A DNA stretch of 64,000 nucleotides from Thermodesulfobacteriota bacterium (GTDB lineage: Bacteria; Desulfobacterota_D; UBA1144; Nemesobacterales; UBA2774), in contig OY729416.1 of NCBI GenBank assembly GCA_963422265.1, forward strand, positions 640,001-704,000. The letters run 5' to 3'. The position numbers were made by a program, and so were the translations under genes. The notes under the pieces are model-generated. The model did no database searches and was not told where the DNA came from. It worked only from the letters and a program-made list of their open reading frames with translations. Position 1 is the first letter of the stretch, and every line of letters starts with the position of its first letter. Below are positions 19,965 through 28,487 of the stretch, in pieces.

Positions 19965-20165
19965 TCATACTGGCGCTACCTCCTGTTCCCCTTCTACCAA
20001 GCTCTCCATAAGGGGCTCATCCCACCGACCAGCTAAAAGCTCATTCAGACGCTTAGCTGTCTCTTTTATCCATTTGTCAGTCTCTTTCTGATTACTAGAT
20101 ACCTCCTGCAGAATCTTTCGTATTTCCTCTGGAGTGGATATATCTTGTTGTAAATCTTTTTCCAT
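19965..20165 (-). pseudogene. Short coiled-coil ORF, probably a truncated fragment
   Basis: AGGAG SD; QKETDKWIKET...RW...LMESLVEG resembles the N-termini of longer coiled-coil/PD-(D/E)XK proteins but stops after 66 aa. Confidence 0.4.
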
Positions 20166-20307
20166 AATAACTCCTACTACAAGCCCCCCCTTGACAGTTG
20201 CTAGCCTAAAATAAAGGGAAAGTACATCAAGAATAGAATGACACTTATAGTTGTCCCATGAACGTGAGAGCCAATAACTAGATCTACCAACTTATGAATA
20301 AAGCCCA

Positions 20308-21108
20308 ATGAACAAAAACGCAAAACGAAGTAAGACAACTGAATATATCCCGGCGTGGTTCAAGCAGGGAAACGACTCGCTATTTTAACCACGACAATAT
20401 TCTTATATGCAACGACGATATCCTAAAAATAGTTGATATACCAAAATCATCCGTCGATCTTATCGTTACGTCACCACCTTACAACATAGATATACACTAC
20501 AATTCTCACAAAGATGACTTAGCATATCGAGAATACTTAGAATTCACTAAAAAATGGCTTAGCACATGCTATGAGTTGACGAGGGACGACGGACGATTCT
20601 GCCTAAACGTTCCGCTAGATAAAAATAAAGGAGGACAACAATCTGTCTGCGCTGATATTACCACCATTGCTAAAAATATAGGTTGGAAGTACCACTCAAC
20701 GATCATCTGGAACGAGGGTAACATATCACGCAGGACCACCTGGGGATCATGGATGTCCGCTTCTGCTCCTTACGTTATTGCCCCAGTTGAAGTGATCTTG
20801 GTTTTATATAAAAAGAACTGGAAAAAAATAACGGAAAGAAAAAGAACGACATTACTAAGCAAGAATTTATAGAATGGAAAAACGGCGTCTGGACTTTTCA
20901 AGGACAAGGTAAAAAGGGGGCAGGTGGACATCCTGCACCGTTTCCGATAGAGCTTCCACGGAGGTGTATCAAACTATTTAGTTTTGTTGGCGACACTGTT
21001 CTTGATCCATTTCTTGGAAGTGGCTCAACTATTGATAAGAATTACTGTGATATAGCCATCGACCGACTTAGGCAGGAGGCTAAAATTGATCAAGGGCACC
21101 TAATATAA
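20308..21108 (+). pseudogene. Disrupted beta-class N4/N6 DNA methyltransferase
   Basis: VDLIVTSPPYN (motif IV), HPAPFPIELP and VLDPFLGSGST (motif I) lie in different frames. There is a frameshift near the 5' end, another at the A7 run (20822-20828), and an apparent internal deletion after GSGST. Confidence 0.85.
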
Positions 21109-21113
21109 CAACA

Positions 21114-21701
21114 ATACCTAAGAAGAAAAAGACAATTGGAGATTTAATTAAAGAATATTTCATAAAGCATCCAAAGCAAGATATTAAGCACGGGCCAGTT
21201 ATAGATTATGTTGAAGAAAAATACTGTAAACCATACGGGCGTAAGCCTCGGGACACTTGGAGAAGTATTCGCAATTTCCATGAACAAGGTTTTCTCGTCA
21301 AAGTAAAGAAAGGCGTATATAGATATGAGCCTGCGGCTGTAACTCAAAGAATTCTTGAAGGTTTTACGCCTGAGCAAAAGGAGGTGATCTTCAAACAAGA
21401 TAAATATAAATGCGTTGTGTGTGGACTTGGGAAGGAAAATGGAATAGAACTACACGCCGATCACATTAAACCGCATAATCTTGGCGGGGTGGCGACTATA
21501 GAAAATGGACAAACTCTGTATGCACAGCACAATTTAATCAAGAAATCTCTTAAACAAACCGAGACCGGAAAGAAAATGTTTATTCGCTTATATGAACTCA
21601 CGAAGAAAGAAGGAAACAAGAAACTCAAAGACTTTTGCACAGATATTCTACAAACTTACGAAAGCCACGATATAAACGGTCACATTGAGTGGAAAAAATG
21701 A
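21114..21701 (+). pseudogene. HNH endonuclease (putative restriction enzyme), probably degenerate
   Basis: Frame open from ATA 21114 (IPKKKKTIGDLIKEYF...) through CVVC, HADHIKP and NGQTLYAQHN; no ATG/GTG/TTG at the N-terminus. Confidence 0.7.
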
Positions 21702-21781
21702 ATCGTGCAATCGTCTAAATAATCTGGTAACCTACTAGAGTAGTGAAAGACAGAATCAATTATTAACCTTGGTTAAGATAT

Positions 21782-21887
<106 letters not shown>

Positions 21888-21900
21888 CTTTAGGTGATGC

Positions 21901-23559
21901 ATGTCCTACCTTGTCCTCGCCAGAAAATGGAGGCCCCAGTCATTTGATGAAATTATAGGTCAAGATTATATAACAAAGACCCTTAAAAACGCTATATCCA
22001 CTGGAAAAACAGCCCATGCGTTTATCTTTTCCGGACCAAGAGGGGTAGGAAAAACTTCCGCGGCGAGAATTGTAGCCAAGGCGCTTAATTGCCAAAACGG
22101 ACCCACACCCGATCCTTGCACCCAGTGTGATAATTGCAGAGAAATTGCCGAAGGCAAATCGCTTGACGTAATAGAGATTGACGCTGCTTCTCATACTGGA
22201 GTAAATGACGTCAGAGAAATTATTGATAATATCAAGTACCTACCCACTTCAGCTAAAAACAAGGTGTATATTATTGATGAAGTACATATGCTCTCTCAGT
22301 CTGCTTTTAACGCCCTATTAAAAACCTTAGAGGAACCCCCTCCTCACGTACTTTTCATTTTAGCAACTACCGAGGTGCATAAGATTCCGATAACCATACT
22401 CTCTCGCTGTCAAAGATACGGCTTCAAAAAAGTCTCCGTTGAAAATATGAAAGATACCCTTTTTTCAATTGCCTTAAAAGAAAAGATTAAAATTACGGAG
22501 GAAACGTTATACATAGTCTCACAGGAAGCTGACGGAAGCATGAGAGACGCTCTTAGCTTGCTAGACCAGCTAATTGCAACCTTTGGGGGAAACGTTAGGC
22601 ATGAAGACGCTGTAAAATCCCTCGGAATTCTTGACAGATCGTTAATCAAATTGGCGGTCCAGGGAATAATAGATAACGACCCCAAGAGTTGCATTGAGAT
22701 CTTGCATCAGGCAATTGAAAAAGGAATAAGCCCCGGACGCTTTGCTGAGGATATGCTTAAATCATTAAGACATGCTTTAATACTCAAGACCAGCGGTGGG
22801 CAAGCCGTGAGCGATTTATCTAAAGAAGATAAAGTGGAAATGGAAAAAATAACGTCTGGAGAAAGCATTGAAACCCTTGAGATGATTTTCAAGCTTATGC
22901 TTGAAGAAGCAGAAAACATACAGAGATCATTCTACCCGCAAATGGCTCTTGAACTAGCCCTAATCAAGCTTTCAACTATTGAGAGGATAGTACCCGTAGA
23001 AAGTATCATAGAGAAAATCGAGAACCTCTCAAAATCGCTTAAGACGACTACACCTATACCTTCCAGATTTGATGAACCTCATGAAAGTTACTCTTCCGTT
23101 AAACAAGGTAAACACATCACCGATGAAACTACCCACGAGATGGTGGGGACAGCCAATAGGCAAGTTGAAAACAGCCCCAACGCAGGTGCTAACTATAGAG
23201 TTAAAGACTTTATTAAATTTGTTAAGACGAAAAAGCTCGTATTGGGCGCTAGGCTTGAGCAAGCGAATGAAATCATCTTAGAGGATTCTACATTCAGAAT
23301 CGTTTGCGCTAGCGAATCTCCAGAGTTGAACTATTTAAGACAAAACAGTTCTAAGAAAGTGCTTGAAACATATCTTGAGCGATTTTTCTCAGAAGACTTT
23401 AAGATCCACGTTGAAGGGGTTAATTTACAGAAAAGTGATCAGGGGAGTAATAAGAAAGGCACAGAAAAAAGAATAAAGGAGCACCCTACCGTTAAAGACG
23501 CTATTGAAGTGTTCAGCGGCAGGATAGTCAGTGTAAAACTAAAGAACAGGAGTGAATAA
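21901..23559 (+). CDS. dnaX: DNA polymerase III subunit gamma/tau
   Basis: LARKWRP, GPRGVGKT, EIDAAS, DEVHML and SRC motifs. Confidence 0.97.
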   Translation: MSYLVLARKWRPQSFDEIIGQDYITKTLKNAISTGKTAHAFIFSGPRGVGKTSAARIVAKALNCQNGPTPDPCTQCDNCREIAEGKSLDVIEIDAASHTGVNDVREIIDNIKYLPTSAKNKVYIIDEVHMLSQSAFNALLKTLEEPPPHVLFILATTEVHKIPITILSRCQRYGFKKVSVENMKDTLFSIALKEKIKITEETLYIVSQEADGSMRDALSLLDQLIATFGGNVRHEDAVKSLGILDRSLIKLAVQGIIDNDPKSCIEILHQAIEKGISPGRFAEDMLKSLRHALILKTSGGQAVSDLSKEDKVEMEKITSGESIETLEMIFKLMLEEAENIQRSFYPQMALELALIKLSTIERIVPVESIIEKIENLSKSLKTTTPIPSRFDEPHESYSSVKQGKHITDETTHEMVGTANRQVENSPNAGANYRVKDFIKFVKTKKLVLGARLEQANEIILEDSTFRIVCASESPELNYLRQNSSKKVLETYLERFFSEDFKIHVEGVNLQKSDQGSNKKGTEKRIKEHPTVKDAIEVFSGRIVSVKLKNRSE

Positions 23560-23560
23560 T

Positions 23561-23887
23561 ATGAAATTCGGCGGCGGCAATATAAAGAACTTGCTTAAGC
23601 AAGCTAGTAAAATGAAAGAGCAGATGGAGAAATTGCAGGCTGAGGCCGGTGAGAAAATCGTTGAAGCCTCATCGGGCGGTGGTATGGTAACAGTTGTAGC
23701 TAGAGCAAAGGGAGAAGTCGTTTCTATTAAAATAGAACCTGAAATTATTAGCGATGAAGATATAGATATGCTTCAAGACCTAATTACAGCCGCCGTCAAT
23801 GAAGCGCTTAAAAGGGGGCAACAGTTGATGCAGGAAGAAGTTTCTAAAATTGCAGGGAACCTAGGTCTTCCTCCTGGACTTTTATAA
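23561..23887 (+). CDS. ybaB: YbaB/EbfC nucleoid-associated protein
   Basis: SSGGGMV and MLQDLITAAVNEA motifs; dnaX-ybaB-recR synteny. Confidence 0.94.
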   Translation: MKFGGGNIKNLLKQASKMKEQMEKLQAEAGEKIVEASSGGGMVTVVARAKGEVVSIKIEPEIISDEDIDMLQDLITAAVNEALKRGQQLMQEEVSKIAGNLGLPPGLL

Positions 23888-23889
23888 AA

Positions 23890-24519
23890 ATGAACAGAAC
23901 CGTACTACCTAAGCCTATATCAAAACTGATAAATGAACTATCAAAACTTCCGGGGATTGGCGAGAAGAACGCAACAAGACTTGCATTTCACATTTTCAGA
24001 TCGCCTGCGAAGAATGCCGAAAATCTTGCAAAAGCTATAATAGACGCTAAAACTAAAGTAGTTTTGTGCAATAATTGTTTTAACTTCGCTTCAGAGTCAC
24101 CTTGCGACATTTGCGAAAGCAAGGAGAGGGATCAATTTTCAATATGCGTCGTAGAGGAACCGCTCGACCTGTTGGCAATTGAAAAGAGCAGGGAGTTTAA
24201 TGGGAAATACCATATTCTTCACGGCGTAATCTCGCCTATTGAGGGGATTGGTCCCGATGATCTGAGAATAAAAGAGCTTGTAGCCAGACTTAGGTTAAAA
24301 GAGTCTGCATCAGGTAGGAGACATAGCATAAAAGAAGTAATAGTAGCTACTAACCCTAGTGTTGAAGGTGAAGCCACAGCCCTGTATCTGGCAAAGCTTA
24401 TTAAACCCCTAGACATTGAAGTAAGCCGCATAGCTCATGGGGTACCCATGGGGGGCTATATAGAATACATAGATGAAATAACTATAGGCAAAGCCATAAA
24501 AAATAGAAAGCATATATAA
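23890..24519 (+). CDS. recR: Recombination mediator RecR
   Basis: LPGIGEK HhH, C4 zinc finger and Toprim ATNPSVEGEATA. Confidence 0.97.
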   Translation: MNRTVLPKPISKLINELSKLPGIGEKNATRLAFHIFRSPAKNAENLAKAIIDAKTKVVLCNNCFNFASESPCDICESKERDQFSICVVEEPLDLLAIEKSREFNGKYHILHGVISPIEGIGPDDLRIKELVARLRLKESASGRRHSIKEVIVATNPSVEGEATALYLAKLIKPLDIEVSRIAHGVPMGGYIEYIDEITIGKAIKNRKHI

Positions 24520-24540
24520 AACGCATCAAAGGAGGATCAC

Positions 24541-24987
24541 ATGCCGAGAATAGGAAGAGCATTTAACGAGCTTGCAGTTGGAGATAAAATATCTCAAAGG
24601 ATGACAATCACTGAAGCTCACGTCGTAAAATCAGCAGGTTTATTTAATGACTATAACGCCCTTCATACGAGCGAGCGTGATATGAAGAACTCAAGATTCG
24701 GTAAGAGAATAGTTCATGGAGCACTCACTTTCAGTCTCATGGTAGGAGTTTATAGTAAGGAGTTTCACGACACCGATATTTCAACGGTCGAGGCTTCAAT
24801 AAAATTCACAGCGCCAGTCTATATCAACGATACAGTTACTATGGAGTGGACCGTCACTGAGCTAGATACAAAATCGAAGCTAAATGGAGGACTAGTTACA
24901 CTTTCTGGCGAAGTAAGAGATACAGAAGATACCGTGCAGGCGACACTTGGAGCAAAAATTCTTGTCGGAAATGAAACTATTTTCTAG
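24541..24987 (+). CDS. MaoC/PaaZ-like hotdog dehydratase
   Basis: DYNALH, FGKRIVHG and FTAPVYINDT motifs. Confidence 0.88.
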   Translation: MPRIGRAFNELAVGDKISQRMTITEAHVVKSAGLFNDYNALHTSERDMKNSRFGKRIVHGALTFSLMVGVYSKEFHDTDISTVEASIKFTAPVYINDTVTMEWTVTELDTKSKLNGGLVTLSGEVRDTEDTVQATLGAKILVGNETIF

Positions 24988-24999
24988 CATTTATATATT

Positions 25000-26367
25000 A
25001 TGGAAAACGCGTTAGAGCATGAGCAATCAATCAGAAAACCACTTGTAGCAATTGTTGGAAGACCTAATGTCGGCAAATCAACCTTGTTTAATAGGCTTAT
25101 CGGTGAACGTAAGTCTATAGTCGAAGATGTGCCGGGCGTTACCCGCGACAGAATATACGCCGACACGGAATGGGACGGCATAGGGTTCAGCCTGATAGAT
25201 ACCGGAGGATTTAATCCTGAGGATGAAGAGCTATACCCGTCGTTAATAAAAGAGCAGATTCAATCTGCCATTGAAGAGTCCGATCTTATTTTATTTGTGC
25301 TTGACGGAAAGGAAGGAGCCATGCCCCATGACCTTGACGTCACTCGGTTACTTAGGAAAATGAGAAAACAGGTCATATACATAGTAAACAAAATTGACCA
25401 CAAGAAGCACGAAATTGCCGGACTTGAATTTCATTCTTTGGGAATCAACAAATACATACACGTCTCAGCCCTTCAGGGAAGGAATATAAATACTCTCTTA
25501 GACAACGTTATAAGCTTTATTAAGATGTTAGATATAAAAGTTGAAGTTGATGCTGAAGAAAACGAAGATACTATTAGAATTGCCGTGCTTGGTAAGCCAA
25601 ACGTTGGAAAATCCACGCTAATCAACAGGTTTCTTGGCGAAGACAGATTGATAACAAGCCCCCTTCCCGGAACCACTAGGGATACGATTGATATTCACTT
25701 CCGTAGAGACGGTAAAGAATATATTTTGATTGACACGGCAGGGGTAAGAAGAAAATCTAGAATTAACTTTCCTGTTGAAAGACACAGCGTGTTCAGAGCC
25801 ATACGAGCTATAGAAAGAGCAGACGTTGTTTTATTGATGATAGAGGCTGAAGCGGGACCTACGCATCAGGACTCCCGCCTCGCTAGGCTCGTAGCTGATA
25901 AAGGTAGGGCGTGCATCGTCCTGCTCAACAAGTGGGATCTCGCCCCAAGCAACGTAGTAGAAGAACCCAACGTAGTGGAAATACTGAAGGATAATCTGAC
26001 TGCAGTTGACTTTGCGCCGGTGCTAATAATCTCAGCCTTAACCGGCAGGGGAGTTCACAAAATATTTGATAAAGTAGATAACGTTTTCAGGAACTTTTCT
26101 CAAAGAATTCCTACTAAAAAGCTAAATTATTTTCTTCAGAAAACTGCACGCACTAGCCCGCCCCCTATTTATAAAGGCAGGGAAATTAAATTTTATTACG
26201 TATCTCAATCCCTAACGAAACAGCCAACTTTTGTAATATTCACCAATAAAATTGAAGGCATACCAACAAATTATAAGAGATTTTTGGAAAATCAGTTAAG
26301 ACAGGAGTTTGATTTCGAGGGAACCTCGATCAAACTAATTTTTAAGTCTGCAAGAAAAAAAGACTAA
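25000..26367 (+). CDS. der: Ribosome biogenesis GTPase Der
   Basis: Two G domains (GRPNVGKS and GKPNVGKS) and a KH-like C-terminus. Confidence 0.97.
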   Translation: MENALEHEQSIRKPLVAIVGRPNVGKSTLFNRLIGERKSIVEDVPGVTRDRIYADTEWDGIGFSLIDTGGFNPEDEELYPSLIKEQIQSAIEESDLILFVLDGKEGAMPHDLDVTRLLRKMRKQVIYIVNKIDHKKHEIAGLEFHSLGINKYIHVSALQGRNINTLLDNVISFIKMLDIKVEVDAEENEDTIRIAVLGKPNVGKSTLINRFLGEDRLITSPLPGTTRDTIDIHFRRDGKEYILIDTAGVRRKSRINFPVERHSVFRAIRAIERADVVLLMIEAEAGPTHQDSRLARLVADKGRACIVLLNKWDLAPSNVVEEPNVVEILKDNLTAVDFAPVLIISALTGRGVHKIFDKVDNVFRNFSQRIPTKKLNYFLQKTARTSPPPIYKGREIKFYYVSQSLTKQPTFVIFTNKIEGIPTNYKRFLENQLRQEFDFEGTSIKLIFKSARKKD

Positions 26368-27578
26368 GCATTTTGGGTAACTCCCAATATGTTTTTTTGT
26401 ATATCCATTGTTCTATCAAAAGCGGAAAATTTACTCTCTACCCTTTTCCTTCCAGCTTTTCCCATAGATTTACGCAGCTTAGGCTTGCTAATAAGCCTTA
26501 CTATTGCCATTCCCATTTGATCGACGTTTCCTAACTCGTTGAGAACACCGGTTACGGTATCCTCTACTGATTCCACTATCCCACCGGCGTAGAAGCCGAT
26601 GATCGGCAAAGAAAACGACATAGCCTCAATAACAGATCGTGGAAATGGGTCAGGATAACTAGATGGAATTACAAATATATCAAAATCCTTAAGACACGGT
26701 CGGACGTCCTCCTTAAATCCCATGAAAATAAAGTTTTCTCTCAGACCGTATTCAGAAACAAGGGTTTTAAGATAGCTCAAATGGTCATCCTGAAAGAAAT
26801 AAGGCGTATCTCCCACTATAACAAATTTTACATTTTCAGCGGCGCTGCCTAGCTCGCTCACTACAACCTTCGCCGATTTGATAAACAAGTCATATCCCTT
26901 TCTAGGAACTATTCTTCCTGTGCTTCCAACGATAATAGACTCTTCCCCTAGACTGAACTTCTCCCTAACCTCACCCTTTGTAGTCCTAGGATTATAATCT
27001 TGAACGTCTATACCGTTGTGTATGACCATGAGCTTTTTTTTCCCGTAACGGAACTGAGTAGCAGTAGGTCCAGAAACACATATAATCTTCTTTACCACAG
27101 GCATAAGGGCGAGAAAATTTATGACAAACCCTAGAAACGCCGTCTGCTGAATGTTCCTTACATGCCATATCACGGGACGACAATTAATAAAACCTATAAG
27201 AGCACCAACTATTTTGGCTTGCGTGCCATTGCAATAAATAAGTTTTATCTTGTTTCTTCGTATCAGGTATGGAGAGGTAATAATCAGTGAAAGTACCGCA
27301 AATATATTTATAATTATTGAAAGAAGCGTAAATATCGCCGAGCGGTGCCTCGAAAATCGAGGTTTTTTTAGATTCTCGGGAAATCTACTGTCAATAATTA
27401 TATTTTCGTAAAGCCCTTCGGCTTTTAGCCGCTCTGAAAAAACATCATCTTTAGGTATTAACACATAAGGCGTAAGCTTAGACCTGTCCAGGTACTTAAG
27501 TATGTAGAACAAACTCTGTCCAGGACCCCCATCCCTTACTGAATGATTAATAAACAGCACGTTCGGGGTGGATTCCAT
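26364..27578 (-). CDS. Glycosyltransferase family 4
   Basis: GRIVPRKG and DPFPRSVIEAM GT-B motifs. Confidence 0.9.
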   Translation of the reverse strand: MESTPNVLFINHSVRDGGPGQSLFYILKYLDRSKLTPYVLIPKDDVFSERLKAEGLYENIIIDSRFPENLKKPRFSRHRSAIFTLLSIIINIFAVLSLIITSPYLIRRNKIKLIYCNGTQAKIVGALIGFINCRPVIWHVRNIQQTAFLGFVINFLALMPVVKKIICVSGPTATQFRYGKKKLMVIHNGIDVQDYNPRTTKGEVREKFSLGEESIIVGSTGRIVPRKGYDLFIKSAKVVVSELGSAAENVKFVIVGDTPYFFQDDHLSYLKTLVSEYGLRENFIFMGFKEDVRPCLKDFDIFVIPSSYPDPFPRSVIEAMSFSLPIIGFYAGGIVESVEDTVTGVLNELGNVDQMGMAIVRLISKPKLRKSMGKAGRKRVESKFSAFDRTMDIQKNILGVTQNA

Positions 27579-27682
27579 AGCACTTTGGCAAAATATCTCT
27601 CTTTAATTAGAAAGACAAGTGAATATACTGGATTGCTATCTACAATTATATAGTCAGACACACATGTCTGAACTATAATCAC

Positions 27683-27738
27683 TCCCTCTCCCATCATTCC
27701 CAACGCGATTGGAAATCTAGCATCGTGGGGGAAGGGGA
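27683..27738. repeat. REP-like palindrome (ATTCCC...GGAAAT core within TCCCTCTCCC...GGGGAAGGGGA)
   Basis: 27691-27720 matches 46557-46586 at 26 of 30 nt. Confidence 0.7.
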
Positions 27739-27799
27739 TTGTAGAATGAGACCGCTTCTTTTTCACCACTCTAAACTAGTTAGTGGTTTCTTTATCCTT

Positions 27800-27837
27800 C
27801 TTTATCTAAAGACTCAACCTTTATCTAAAGACTCAAC
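27800..27837. repeat. 19-bp tandem duplication CTTTATCTAAAGACTCAAC x2 across the phaR stop codon
   Basis: Directly visible at 27800-27818 and 27819-27837. Confidence 0.9.
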
Positions 27838-28377
27838 CTTTTTTTCGAGCTCTTTTATCTTTTGCATTATTAACTCAACCTCTTCTCGGGTCCTCACAGT
27901 CGGATTTCTATCTTCGCCACTAGGGAGCTCGGCGTCACCACCCGAGCTACTGAGATTATCAAAATTAGGAGGAGACATATTCATGCCGGGCGGAAACCAA
28001 CCCATCTCCTGCCACGTAAGCACGTTTTTCTTAAAGCTTTCTTGAGCCGAGAGATACGGCTGAGACATCATCAAGAAATAGTTCTCAAAAAAATCTTTTG
28101 CAACCCTGTTCCCATACTTAATAAGCATATGCAAAAAGGAAACAGGTAAAACATCTTGTTTGTTTTTTTCGCTTTCCAAGATTACTTGTATTAGTATTAC
28201 CTTAGAGATATCAGTGCCACTTTGCGAGTCAATAACCTTTACCTCGTTGCCCTCTCTAACCAACTCAGCTATATCATCTAGCGTGACATATTTTTTGTTT
28301 GTAGAGTCATACAGCCTACGGTTGCTATACTTTTTTATAGTAACCTGCCTGACGTCATCATTCCTTTCTCTTACCAT
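27814..28377 (-). CDS. phaR: Polyhydroxyalkanoate synthesis regulator
   Basis: IKKYSNRRLYDST..KYVTL, DISKVILIQVILE and LPVSFLH.LI motifs. Confidence 0.85.
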   Translation of the reverse strand: MVRERNDDVRQVTIKKYSNRRLYDSTNKKYVTLDDIAELVREGNEVKVIDSQSGTDISKVILIQVILESEKNKQDVLPVSFLHMLIKYGNRVAKDFFENYFLMMSQPYLSAQESFKKNVLTWQEMGWFPPGMNMSPPNFDNLSSSGGDAELPSGEDRNPTVRTREEVELIMQKIKELEKKVESLDKG

Positions 28378-28487
28378 AATCTGTTATTATCAAATAAAAA
28401 TGTTACTTAGTCAAGAAAACGTTGTATTAAGCACTTGACAACTCAATTGAGCAGATGAAGCTTTTTCACTGGAACGGCAAAAGAGTC

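Noticed and set aside
23225-23260. G-AAA-AAG in dnaX as a possible -1 frameshift site producing a gamma subunit
   Set aside because: It is not the canonical A-AAA-AAG heptamer, and no convincing upstream SD or downstream hairpin was seen.
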